Origin: Balanoglossus misakiensis
Taxonomy: Eukaryota > Animalia > Hemichordata
DNA: 64,000 nucleotides
Assembly: GCA_040954595.2 (NCBI GenBank)
Contig: CM082592.2
Span: 2,282,338-2,346,337 of the forward strand
Direction: 5' to 3'
This document shows, one piece after another, positions 12,871 to 26,235 of this stretch. Every line of letters begins with the position of its first letter. Position 1 is the first letter of the stretch. The notes under the pieces were generated by a model. It did no database searches. It saw only the letters and a list, made by a program, of their open reading frames with translations, and had not been told where the DNA came from. Made by a program: the position numbers and the translations under genes.

Positions 12871-14040
12871 AACAGAGGTCGCGATAACATTTTTTTGAGT
12901 GTGTATTTTTGATGCAATCATAAAAAAATAGCGTCAAGGACACTGTGGTCCCATTTGAGGATTATGCGGAAACAGTGACACACCAGAATAAAAAGTACAG
13001 GTGACATTGCAAGCAGATCTGCAAGCAGCAATATCGGGCCCAAGCCAACATAGCACATAGCAATAAGCATATCTGCTCTGGATGCCAAGATATGGAAAAG
13101 TAGGTCAAAGGTCACCTGAGGTTATGCAAAATTTGGGGAAGAAATTTTGACCCTATACTGGTCCATGTTCAACAAAAACCAAACCTATAGCCCTATTGGT
13201 TAGCCTGGAATTAGGTATGCACATAATTAATGAGATATGCAGGTGTCACAGGTGACCCCAAATTTTGGCTTTTCAATTTTAGTCCCAACCCTCCAAACGC
13301 CAAGTCTGTACCTGCTCTGGATGCCGAGATATAGGAAAGTAGGTCAAAGGTCACCTGAGGTCACCCAAAATTTGGGCAAGAAATTTTGACCCTATACTGG
13401 TCCATGTCCCACAAGAACGAAACCTCTAGCCCTATTAGTTACCCCGGAATTAGGTATGCACATAATTAATGTGTTAAGCAGGTGTTACAGGTGAGCCCAA
13501 AATTTTGCCTTTTATTTTGGCCCCATTGTGCTCACTGACCAATAGACAGTCACTGTACAGGACTATTGCACAGACCAGAATTCCACAATAAGACTTGGAC
13601 ATAGCTTAACCATAGAGGTATAAGTAAAGGTATAAATTTAATAAAAAGACTAAAAAATTCATAAAAAATAAAACATCCATGATATTAACTTAACACTTAC
13701 AGGTCGATGTGAGGTTGACATATGGTACATGCATACCAATTTTTAAAGCAATCTGACGAGTAGTTGTTGACTTTCAGAGTTTTGATAAATTTCACATTTT
13801 TCCAGCTAATTTGCATATTTTTGGGCCTGGCAACTTCGTTTGGACAAACTCCCATCTACAGCCCAGCCTGCACCTACACACCAAATATTGAGGTGATACG
13901 CGCAGCGGTTTTCAAGTTTTTGATGTGGACGGACATACAGACATACATCCATCCATCCATACATACATCCATACATACATACAGACGCAACCGATCCCAT
14001 AAGGTCCCATGGTATATATGCCTATACCAATGGGACCTAA
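12871..14040 (+). mobile_element. HINE/Helentron-like element, copy 2, with two core repeats
   Basis: Starts AACAGAGG; cores at 13100 and 13339; same microsatellite and hairpin end; highly similar to copy 1. Confidence 0.65.
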
Positions 14041-14673
14041 AAATGTGTCAAACTCCTTTTACTTAGCCTGCGTCGTACACATGTCTAATTCAAAATTCAT
14101 CAAACAAAATTAGCTACATTTTGAGTACAAAAGGTCGGGCACACAAGTGATTATTTTGATCCCAGGGGATAGTCAGCGGTATGCGTATGGTTTATGTTGA
14201 CCATTGTACAAATAGAGAGGCCATTCCTATGCATCAAAATTGATGCACTTATTAAGATTTTCACGTCAAATGAGTATTTTGGCGTCAAATATACATAATT
14301 TTTGCGTAAACGCAACCTCTGATAAATGCAAATTTTTTTTTTTAATAAACAGCAAAAATGGATGCATGGGCTGTTGAATTTCAGTCACCATGACGATGCA
14401 TGTAGTCTGTGACAAACGTAACATTCCATACAAAGCGTATGATTTCATTTTTTGAGCGTCTAGCTATTACATGTACATTATATTTTCAGCGAATTTACTT
14501 GCAACACATTGCAGGATGATACAATCTCTAGTGCAAATTTGTTTGCGAAATTATGTTTGGCTAACATTATATGACAAAAGTGAACATATGTGCATGACTG
14601 CCAGATGCTGTTATTTTTCATTTGTCAAGTATACCAGGTCTCATTCACTGGCTTTAGAGAGGCTTTATATATA

Positions 14674-16024
14674 CAGACTCGCCAATAAGTATTTACGCAC
14701 CTTGACAATGAATGTAAGCTATGAAAGATTATTCACAAAATCGATCGACTGTAACTTATTTCTGAATATAAATAACTTACGGAAGGTTTAACCCATTTTA
14801 GTCAACACAGATGTGTTGCCGCGCCGAATCTGACTGCATAAGTGGCAAGTTTTTCGGCCAGTGAAATTTCCTATGGTTATTGCAATGGCGGTATACTCTT
14901 TAACATCTCATTTTCATTAACATTTCACGCCATTGTGTCCGTGGCTAATTTCCCTCTATTCATATTTAAATCTCCACCAATCAGAGCTTTTAAATGTAAT
15001 TCTGATTAAATTTTGGGGCGGGAAAATCTGCTAGATTTGCTTATGAATATTCTGATCGAGGTCGTCGGAGGTTGCTGCATAATTTTTGTTTGTAAACATT
15101 GGATCAATGAAACCATGCCCAAAGTTCGCGAACTTCCTGAATTTGTGAAAGGTCAAATTGAGGCACTGCATAGGCAAGGTTTGAGGAACAGGGAAATCGC
15201 AATGCAGCTTGGAATCACCGAAGGCAGCGTCAGGTACAATATTCGGAAACTTGTTCGAAATGGTAGCACGGACAATTTACACCGATCTGGACGGCCAAGG
15301 TGAACAACTGAACGGGAAGACAGAATGTTAATACGATCAAGTCTGACGGACAGATTCAAGACGGCCCGTGACCTCCGCGCTAAGTTTCACGAGGACACCG
15401 GGAAACTTTTGAGTATGAGCACAATCAAATCTCGATTGTATAGAGGAGCCAGACTCCATGGATGTGTGACCAAGAAAAAGCCGAAATTACAACCCCGGCA
15501 CATCACAGCGCGACTACCTGTTCAGTGGTCCCAGGTTGTTTGGTCAGACGAGTCAAAGTTCACAGTGTTTAGGAGCCGAGGGAGAGTTTTCGTTAGAAGG
15601 CGACCCGGCGAGGAGTACGAAATTGAATGACAGTCCCACAGTAAAGTTTGATGGTGGCAGTGTTATGGTTTGGGGGTGTTTCTTGGCTGCGGGTGTTGGT
15701 TTGCTCGCTGGAAGAACTTAGACGTTCTACAAAACGAAATGCTACGATAGGCTTTGAGACTCGTCCGGCCAGATTTTGTGTTCCAACAGGATAATGCCCC
15801 TGTACATACTGCCTTGGATGTGAAATCATTTCTACAACGTCGATATGTCTCACTCAAATTTAATCACAGATGACAGATTTTTGTTCTACGACTGTTATTT
15901 ATCTTGAATTTATTAAATGTAGTTGAATTTTTGCTAAAAACTGTCTGCAAGGTGTGTTATTTCATGTTTCTGAAACGTTTTTCACTGCAGAACGTGGGTG
16001 CGTAAATACTTATTGGCGGGTCTG
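14674..16024 (+). mobile_element. Tc1-family DNA transposon, decayed
   Basis: TIRs CAGACTCGCCAATAAGTATTTACGCACC / GGTGCGTAAATACTTATTGGCGGGTCTG; TA at the left end; internal transposase remnant. Confidence 0.92.
15115..15850 (+). pseudogene. Tc1 transposase pseudogene
   Basis: MPKVRELPEF..HTH..RSGRPR, stop at 15301, then VVWSDESKF, frameshifted GGSVMVWGCF and FQQDNAPVH; the C-terminal catalytic E region is missing. Confidence 0.9.
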
Positions 16025-18755
16025 ATACATGTACATATTATTCTTGATGTTGTTGTAAACATTTCTTTTGTGTCTGTTTCAAGGTCAGATGAGGTGAGTT
16101 ATAACACTTGATTCATAGGTTGTGTGACTTTTGAAAACCCTCACTCACATTGATGGAAGAATTTTACCTTAAAAAGAGTATACTTCAGTTGTCCCTAATA
16201 ATAGCCTTTGTGTAAATTTCCCCTCTCTGAAGTGAGACAGAACTAAAGAAAGCATCTTCATTTTGCTGCCAGATGCATGAGCTAGCTGGTGAAGTTCCCT
16301 GTGTGTTCCACAAGATTAAACTGTCCCAAGATGGGTAGGCAGTAGAAATGAGGTCTGTTGGCGTCCTTCAGTCTCAAGAGACTATGGATCTGTGTGCTGG
16401 GATGTTGGTCTAGATCCGGAACAGCGTAGTACATGTATGAGGCATTGAGCTTATGTTCCTTCTGGGTGGTCCTAGATTCACTGCTGTACAGTACAAATTT
16501 ATTTTAGGTATGACTCACAACACAAGCACTCATGTGGGCATTGGTGTCATACTCAGTAATAGCCTGCATCCAGTAGTCTGAAAGTAGGAGGGCTTCGTGA
16601 TTAAGAAGAACAAAGATCTGAGCCTAACAAACTGCATAAGGCAAATCGGTCTCCTGGTGAGATTATACCATGCACCTCAGCTGTCATGATCTCCAGTATA
16701 TGCCTTGGTGAAGTACAATGCAATCTCCACTGCACTCTTGCAAATGGCTTGACTATTAGTCATTCCTGAAGAGCAATACTCCATGGTTGGACAAATATTC
16801 ATCACATGGTGAGAAACATGTGGATCTGGGAGCCCGCTATAAGATAGCTTAGGGTTGAAATCATGAGTTGATGGTCTAGCTCAAAGTAGTTTTCAGGAAT
16901 AGAGTGATCTGACCTGACCCATCCTCCTGGCAAAGTATTCTCGGTTCCCTTGACATTATGTCAAATTGTGTGTATCATAAAAAGGCCAATCAGTCAGACA
17001 GGCCTCTGCCAATAGAGATAAGTCACAGCTGTTACAACCATCTCAACACATACCAAGAACCATAGACAATAGTAAAGAGAAAAGAAAACTAATACATATG
17101 TAGATTACAAACTGCGAATGGATTGGCTGAGGGAACAGGATCCAGTGAGTACATGAGTGATAAAAGGATTTGAGAGAATAATTAAACAGAGCTCATGCCT
17201 GGTCGGTTGATGTGGTATTGGCTGTTCTTGTCTACTAACACTACTTGAATGGATAAGGCTATGTGCTTTCTGGTGATATAGTAAAAGACAGAACTGCATG
17301 AAGCTCAGTTTTATGTGCAGGGGTTAATTCCCACGACACTGGACTGCCAGGCATGCAGAAAAAATGGTCTGATGCAAATCAAGACTTGTAGTGAAGCACG
17401 AAAGGTTGTCAGGTGATTGTCACCATACATTTCACTGTATTTTGAGGCCTGTCCCCAATATGTAACGTCTTTGATGGAAACATTTTTTACACTTGAGTGA
17501 TTTGGCCTGAGCAATATCCATAAGATCCCATTGAAACTTACGGATTTAGGTAAAACAGTTGTCATCAAGTTCAGATGACCAGAGGTTTCAGAAAGATGAA
17601 GCTGCCCACAACTTGACAGAGCTGACAATATCAGAGATATCAATGACAACACCAGTAAATGGTGTGTTTCAATAGTAAAGACACAAGGAAGAGGATCACT
17701 ATGATCAGAGGCTGTATACTAGCTGAAAGATGTATCTTAGTGATCACAGGTGGACGTATACCCCACAGGTGTTGCCTGCACCTCAATAATATCATATGTA
17801 CAGGCACATGTACCGGTACATGTATAACCTATAAAATGATAGTTTCGTAATGTGGAAAGAATAGTATGCCTCTGACGGCAAGGAAGAAGGAATTCTGACA
17901 ACTGCTAAATATTAAAGTGACATCGCATATGGGCAGCCAATGGGAAACCCATTTGCTATAATTTCTGCCTTGTGAGCTGAATGCCAAGTTGAACTGTCCT
18001 CCAGGGTGGGACCCTGTGGTGATCCATGATTGCTGCATCCCCAAATGGCATGCTAGACACTTGCCTCCGATGAATAGGGGTATATATGTGACATAGCTGT
18101 ATCCCAGAAGCCCGGTGCAGAAGTCAGCAGTGTGATAGAGCATGTCTGTTACAGATCGTCAGCCATTCACTTCCATATTCGGTAAAATCAGTGATGGGAT
18201 AAATACCCTTTTTGTCTGTTGGAGTGGGAAATCTGCTGAAATATTCCACTATAGGAGCAAAATTATTCACTTTATAGACTCCAAGAGTTACTGAACAAGT
18301 GTTCTCAGCACAATGCTACTAACCTCCCTCAAGTGATTCTGCTAGATTTCAAGACAGCAGTTATAATATGTAAATACGAACCAATGCTAAGTGGACAAGG
18401 TTGCAAATACTACAGCTAGGCCGGTGGCTCCATGCCTCATAAAGCTGCATTTCTAATACAAGATTCTGCAATATTGAAGTCAGGACACACATGGGCCATA
18501 GGAGTATGAAAGTAGAAGTAGCACCCAAACCATACACCCATGCTATGGGTGTGGGTGTAGCAAAAATGTTTGACACAAGTATTAGAAGCAAGAGCCTGTA
18601 ATTTACACAAAGGCTAACAAGGCAATACAAAGCAGTATACTCTGTTTATATGTTCTCCAAAGATGTTCAAGTTAACATACTCTCTTACGTATGTTCTATA
18701 ATTAGCACATGTTTTTTGAACGTGAAAGAAGACTTCTGATCATTGTAGGAACGAA

Positions 18756-20640
18756 GGTAGAGTTGACTTTTCAGAGCCCTCTGACTCAGAGGGCTCTGAG
18801 TCAGAGCCCTCTGAGTCAGAGCCCCTCAGAGCCCTCTGAAGTTTCAGAACCTCAGAACCCGGACCTCAGAATTCTTGTTGACCTCAGATATAACCCCAAA
18901 ATGTACCTGTATAATTAAATATAATAAAGTTCCTTCACTTGCGGTGATCTTTCACCGCCAGGCATTTGTATTCAACCTGTCCCCCATTATATATCAGTGG
19001 GAAGGGCAATGTTATGATTTATTTGTGCAGGGGTGAGTTATCATTGTGGTAATATTGATCATGCAGATATGATGTGGCTATTATAACAAGAAAACTTTCT
19101 TTAGAAACTTGTTTTCATTGCCTAGATTATTTTTTATCAAAAGTGATTTGATATTATTCATCACATGTTTACATATTATGTATGTATTTATTGTTTTTTC
19201 TTGTTTTGGAATAAACTCTTTGAAATGTAACTGCTTGTTTGTAAATTTTTAGCAAGAAATATATACGCATTTGACATACAGCAAACCTATAGTAATAATC
19301 CTAATGGAAGGAGAATAAGCGCAGTGTGTGAGGACACAAAGTTTGTCAAAAAGTCATTAATTTGAATGACTGGCAAATCCAAAATGTTTTCCATGGGCTT
19401 TATTCTGATGGACAAATAATTAAATTCTTATTTAAGGTGGCATTGCATGAAAAGTTGTGATTTTTGCCAAATTTACTTTTTTTACATAAATCGGTAGGTC
19501 TAATACTGTTCCACATTCTGACAAATGGGTCTTGGCGGAAATGGTGCATAATCACCCAAAAATAGCACTTTTCTGAACGAGTCCACAACTTAACAAATAG
19601 TAGGTGTCAACAATGCAAATGGCCGTTTTTCTCAGTTTGCATTTTTGCTGCTCTTGACAACTTCAGAAGAATTTAGCTTCGCTCTGCGTTGGCCGAATTT
19701 GCTCAAATTTTAACAGGGGATTGTGTATGACCCATCTAACAAAACAAATTTTTTTAGTCGATAAAGTGTCCATGGCGGGAATAAAATCTGATTCAATACA
19801 ACTCATTGTGAATTTGATCAAATTTTCTAAAAATCTAACTTGCAAACACTGTTACTCCTCAATGGAAGCAGATAACGCTAAACTAAATTTTGTTTTTTTG
19901 CATGTGTACTCTAGTTTCGAATGACATACTAAGATGCATGATGCATGGTCAACCGTTTTACCTAATTTCAATTGAATGACATAATATCAAAAAAATGCTT
20001 CTTTTAACCCAAAAACGCCACCATTTCCGGAGGTCAATGAAATGTGCAACTCAAACAAAAGTTCAAAAACTCAGCTTCCAGAATATGTATGGTTTATAGG
20101 GGTTTTAATAATTATTGTCTTTGAAGAGAAATAGGCCTCTGAAAAAGTCTCAACGGTTTCATGCGATGCCAATCTGATTGACGGTTTCGTGCAATACCAC
20201 ATTAAGTATCGAATTGATTTCCAAATTCTCTTCTTTTGGTGTTTCTTCTTGCGATTTATTTTGTCGTGTGCTACAAAATACATTAATATTTGTAATGCAA
20301 TGCAAGCAAAAAAAGAAAAGTAACGCGTTACTGGTGAATCGGAATCCCTGGCTGAATCTGAATCTGAAATCGACATAAACTTCGAAAACAAATATGGCGG
20401 GTAATAGGCAGTCACGATCTCGCACTTGCCATACAACGTAGTACGTCGTATTTTCAGCGGGAGTAATTTTGGCAACATTATACCCATTTGTAATCGTTAT
20501 ATTTAATTATACAGGTACATTTTGGGGTTATATCTGAGGTCAACAAGAATTCTGAGGTCCGGGTTCTGAGGTTCTGAAACTTCAGAGGGCTCTGACTCAG
20601 AGGGCTCTGACTCAGAGGGCTCTGAAAAGTCAACTCTACC
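18756..20640. mobile_element. Non-autonomous MULE/Mutator-like element with ~150-bp TIRs and a 10-bp TSD
   Basis: TIRs GGTAGAGTTGACTTTTCAGAGCCCTCTG... with internal CAGAGCCCTCTGAGT sub-repeats; TAGGAACGAA duplicated at 18746-18755 and 20641-20650. Confidence 0.8.
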
Positions 20641-21471
20641 TAGGAACGAACTCTCAATTTCATGGTCCACATTTTCTGAAATTTTACCAGTAAGCGACTC
20701 CAAATTCTTAACTGACACCTTGTATCAAAGGGTCAACGGTTATTATTACAAATTCTACGATTTAGTCTTCCAAGGCTCCACCTAATCCAGTTCTTGAATA
20801 AAACTGATTATCCATGGACTCTCCTCGTCAAGTTATGCATGGCAATCCATTGTTAATGACACTGTCTCTACTGGATCGACAGTTAAAGGGGCGAAATCAT
20901 AACACCAAACAAATAACCCACAAAAGAGACAAATTGGCGATGACGTGAAGAAATTCACACAAAGTGGTGTCTGCTGGGAGCTGTATCAAACCTCACTGCA
21001 AACAACACGTCACAATACCATCCAACGTGCACCAACAGCCACATTAGATTATATTGTGAAACAAATCAATGAAAATGTGTATCTTAAAACACACAGTCAT
21101 GGAACCATGTGTAAACAAATGAGATATATTCAAAATCAAATTGAATGACAGAGAAAAAAAATTTCTGAATGCAGAGATTTTTTTTCTGAATGCTCAAGAA
21201 TTCCTACTCCAAGCTCGGTAGTGGACATTTGCACATGGTACCCCTGACGTCAAGTGTACTATTTTATCGTAAAGCACACAGTCAGGGAAGTGTAAACAAA
21301 ACTAGATATATTCAAAATCAAAGAAAATGAATGGCTGAATGATTAAGTGATCCAATGTAAACTTTTCTGTACATTATAAAAACAATAATTGTAACTCATA
21401 GAAAATTGACATCTTTTCTGAATATTGAAGGTTTGATGTCAAATGGGCAATTTGAATCACTGGTTATCAAT

Positions 21472-21601
21472 TTTGAGACGGCTTTGGCAACCAGACCTGA
21501 TGTAAGGATTAACACCTCTCTACAACCCATTGTCTATGGGGCCGAGCCTCAGCGCCTATACATAAACTTTATGTGTGTGGACACAAGCGACTCAAAGGAT
21601 T
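21472..21601 (+). repeat. Dispersed repeat, second copy at ~62171-62306
   Basis: ttgagacggcttt...gtaaggattaacacctctc...gcgactcaaaggatt is shared. Confidence 0.7.
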
Positions 21602-22041
21602 AATTCTCTGTGTTTACAAAAGGCAAATAGTGTCTCCGAAACGTTTCAAATTTTTACCAGTGTGACCGTGGTATTATAAACAGGTACCCCAGACTTTGAA
21701 TGACACACACACTTACACCACACAAACAAACAAACAAACAAACATAAATACCCTATAACTATACTATATTATAACTAACTATAACTACAAGTAACAACTA
21801 ACAAAATAACTTAATATACCGATATAAATAAACTGTTCAAATACAGATGTGTACACTGAAAGTAACTAAATTTACACAAATATATAAAAATGCATTGCAG
21901 GGATGCCCCCAAAACTACCGTAAGCACTGCAAGCTGGAAGTCCATGCGTCTACGGACCTCTGTTGACAGATGAGACATCATGGAGACTGCATGGTAGTTG
22001 GACTTCTGGTCCAAATCATCTGGCCGCATTCCTCTGCTATG

Positions 22042-24961
22042 GTGGCATACAGATCAATCTCCGCCATCCTGCAACGCAGCATCTAGTTTCTGCATGGTAC
22101 TATTGGTAGTCGGACTTCAATCTGCCAGTTGGCACACAGATCAATCTCCGCCATCCTTCAACACAGCATCTAGTTTCTGCATGGTACTATTGGTAGTCGG
22201 ACTTCAATCTGCCAGTTGGCACACGGATCAGTGTTCTCCATCCTGCAAACCAGCATCTAGTTTCTGCATGGTACTATTGGTAGTCGGACTTCAATCTGCC
22301 AGTTGGCACACAGATCAGTGTTCTCCATCCTGCAAACCAGCATCTAGTTTCTGCATGGTACTATTGGTAGTCGGACTTCAATCTGCCAGTTGGCACACGG
22401 ATCAGTGTTCTCCATCCTGCAAACCAGCATCTAGTTTCTGCATGGTACTATTGGTAGTCGGACTTCAATCTGCCAGTTGGCACACAGATCAGTGTTCTCC
22501 ATCCTGCAAACCAGCATCTAGTTTCTGCATGGTACTATTGGTAGTCGGACTTCAATCTGCCAGTTGGCACACGGATCAGTGTTCTCCATCCTGCAAACCA
22601 GCATCTAGTTTCTGCATGGTACTATTGGTAGTCGGACTTCAATCTGCCAGTTGGCACACGGATCAGTGTTCTCCATCCTGCAAACCAGCATCTAGTTTCT
22701 GCATGGTACTATTGGTAGTCGGACTTCAATCTGCCAGTTGGCACACAGATCAGTGTTCTCCGTCCTGCAAACCAGCATCTAGTTTCTGCATGGTACTATT
22801 GGTAGTCGGACTTCAATCTGCCAGTTAGCACACAGATCAATGTTCTCCATCCTTCAACGCAGCATCTAGTTTCTGCATGGTACTATTGGTAGTCGGACTT
22901 CAATCTGCCAGTTGGCACACAGATCAGTGTTCTCCATCCTGCAAACCAGCATCTAGTTTCTGCATGGTACTATTGGTAGTCGGACTTCAATCTGCCAGTT
23001 GGCACACAGATCAGTGTTCTCCGTCCTGCAAACCAGCATCTAGTTTCTGCATGGTACTATTGGTAGTCGGACTTCAATCTGCCAGTTGGCACACAGATCA
23101 GTGTTCTCCGTCCTGCAAACCAGCATCTAGTTTCTGCATGGTACTATTGGTAGTCGGACTTCAATCTGCCAGTTGGCACACAGATCAGTGTTCTCCATCC
23201 TGCAAACCAGCATCTAGTTTCTGCATGGTACTATTGGTAGTCGGACTTCAATCTGCCAGTTAGCACACAGATCAATGTTCTCCATCCTTCAACGCAGCAT
23301 CTAGTTTCTGCATGGTACTATTGGTAGTCGGACTTCAATCTGCCAGTTGGCACACAGATCAATGTTCTCCATCCTGCAAACCAGCATCTAGTTTCTGCAT
23401 GGTACTATTGGTAGTCGGACTTCAATCTGCCAGTTGGCACACAGATCAGTGTTCTCCGTCCTGCAAACCAGCATCTAGTTTCTGCATGGTACTATTGGTA
23501 GTCGGACTTCAATCTGCCAGTTAGCACACAGATCAATGTTCTCCATCCTGCAAACCAGCATCTAGTTTCTGCATGGTACTATTGGTAGTCGGACTTCAAT
23601 CTGCCAGTTGGCACACAGATCAGTGTTCTCCATCCTTCAACGCAGCATCTAGTTTCTGCATGGTACTATTGGTAGTCGGACTTCAATCTGCCAGTTGGCA
23701 CACAGATCAATGTTCTCCATCCTGCAAACCAGCATCTAGTTTCTGCATGGTACTATTGGTAGTCGGACTTCAATCTGCCAGTTGGCACACAGATCAGTGT
23801 TCTCCATCCTTCAACGCAGCATCTAGTTTCTGCATGGTACTATTGGTAGTCGGACTTCAATCTGCCAGTTGGCACACAGATCAATGTTCTCCATCCTGCA
23901 AACCAGCATCTAGTTTCTGCATGGTACTATTGGTAGTCGGACTTCAATCTGCCAGTTGGCACACAGATCAGTGTTCTCCGTCCTGCAAACCAGCATCTAG
24001 TTTCTGCATGGTACTATTGGTAGTCGGACTTCAATCTGCCAGTTAGCACACAGATCAATGTTCTCCATCCTGCAAACCAGCATCTAGTTTCTGCATGGTA
24101 CTATTGGTAGTCGGACTTCAATCTGCCAGTTGGCACACAGATCAGTGTTCTCCGTCCTGCAAACCAGCATCTAGTTTCTGCATGGTACTATTGGTAGTCG
24201 GACTTCAATCTGCCAGTTGGCACACAGATCAATGTTCTCCATCCTGCAAACCAGCATCTAGTTTCTGCATGGTACTATTGGTAGTCGGACTTCAATCTGC
24301 CAGTTGGCACACAGATCAGTGTTCTCCATCCTTCAACGCAGCATCTAGTTTCTGCATGGTACTATTGGTAGTCGGACTTCAATCTGCCAGTTGGCACACA
24401 GATCAATGTTCTCCATCCTGCAAACCAGCATCTAGTTTCTGCATGGTACTATTGGTAGTCGGACTTCAATCTGCCAGTTGGCACACAGATCAGTGTTCTC
24501 CGTCCTGCAAACCAGCATCTAGTTTCTGCATGGTACTATTGGTAGTCGGACTTCAATCTGCCAGTTGGCACACAGATCAGTGTTCTCCATCCTTCAACGC
24601 AGCATCTAGTTTCTGCATGGTACTATTGGTAGTCGGACTTCAATCTGCCAGTTGGCACACAGATCAATGTTCTCCATCCTGCAAACCAGCATCTAGTTTA
24701 TGCATGGTACTATTGGTAGTCGGACTTCAATCTGCCAGTTGGCACACAGATCAATGTTCTCCATCCTGCAAACCAGCATCTAGTTTCTGCATGGTACTAT
24801 TGTTAGTCGGACTTCAATCTGCCAGTTGGCACACAGATCAGTGTTCTCCATCCTGCAAACCAGCATCTAGTTTCTGCATGGTACTATTGTTAGTCGGACC
24901 TCAATCTGCCAGTTGGCACACAGATCAATGTTCTCCATCCTGCAAACCAGCATCTAGTTTC
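22042..24961. repeat. 87-bp tandem array, ~34 copies
   Basis: Unit TGGCACACAGATCAGTGTTCTCCATCCTGCAAACCAGCATCTAGTTTCTGCATGGTACTATTGGTAGTCGGACTTCAATCTGCCAGT with a few recurrent variants. Confidence 0.97.
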
Positions 24962-26235
24962 TCGTGTCTGAAAAAAAGCAAACAGATGTAGTTCAGGAAA
25001 ATGAGGAGTAATTCAACTGCATGTGACACAAAAGACAGCTTCCCGCGATACAAACACCCTCTATAACTGCAGGCTTTGTCTTTGCAGTACACAGGGCATG
25101 TAATGCAAATTGTGTAAGAATCCATCAAGTTTTACTTTATGCAGGCTACATGACAATGATTCATGCTTAGTTTTTATGGACTTGTTATTTTGTGCCTTTC
25201 TAAATCACTTCTGGGTGTTTGTAAAACTTGTAACGAGCAGTAATGAGCAGAAACTTGCAGTAATGATCAATAACATCCTAGAAATTGACAGAATGGGTAA
25301 TCACAAATACTGTGGAAATGACGATCGTTTCCAATTTCATAATAGTCATCTGAAGTTATGCAATCAGTGTCAATTATCATGACCATTTTCATGGAACTAA
25401 ACAGTTGTTTAATTTCATATCATTGCTGGAAAAAAGTCATCGTCAATGACTTCATTCACGCTGGTTTGATGTTCTTGGTATTTGTGCTCGAGTGTTGGTT
25501 AGTTTTTGCATAATTTGAAATGTTGTGCGTTGACTTAGATGTTTTCATCTATGTGAACTGACATACTCTGAATGTTTGAACAAACCCCATATAAATTCCC
25601 ATCTACATAAAATGGAGCAGCAAACAGTTATTATTGATGTTAGACCAGAGAAAAAAAATCTTGTTCATTGGATTTTTTGGCCCTAGTTCCAGGAGCGGCG
25701 AGCGAAAAAAAAATTTAAAATTTTTTTAGGCCGAAGGTAAACCGTGGTTCTCTGGCATATTTGCACAGATGCAGACATTGCGAGATAATTGTTTCCATTT
25801 GAACCAGAAATATCTCTGATACATGTACTGTACTTGTCACTGAATTCAATACTACATTTCCCAACAATAACATATAGGCAATTACATATACAGTTGGTGT
25901 TTGCACAACAAATTCCAAGTATTTCAACAGGCTCTCAGAATAAAATAAAATGCACAGCAAATCACTGAAATCCAACAATTTAGTATTGACCTTTAATATT
26001 GTCCTGGTGGGACCTTGCATTTGAATGTTTTTCATTTTACTTTGGCCCCATCTCTTGGTCTCTTTACAACTGTCTCTACATTTTTTACACAATGGTCTAA
26101 CAACACTGTACAGACTATCTCTCACTGCACACACACTGTTCTGGTCGCGATAGCCATGTCTAATTTGTTCCAGTCTGCACCAAGTTCATCAAACAGCTGA
26201 ATAATATCATTGTAATAGTTTGTGGAAACCATCTA

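Noticed and set aside
21998-24991. Plus-strand repetitive ORFs (MVLLVVGLQSASWHTDQCSPSCKPASSFC)n
   Set aside because: Repeatedly broken by TGG->TAG variants and lacking exon context; the splice evidence favours the minus strand.
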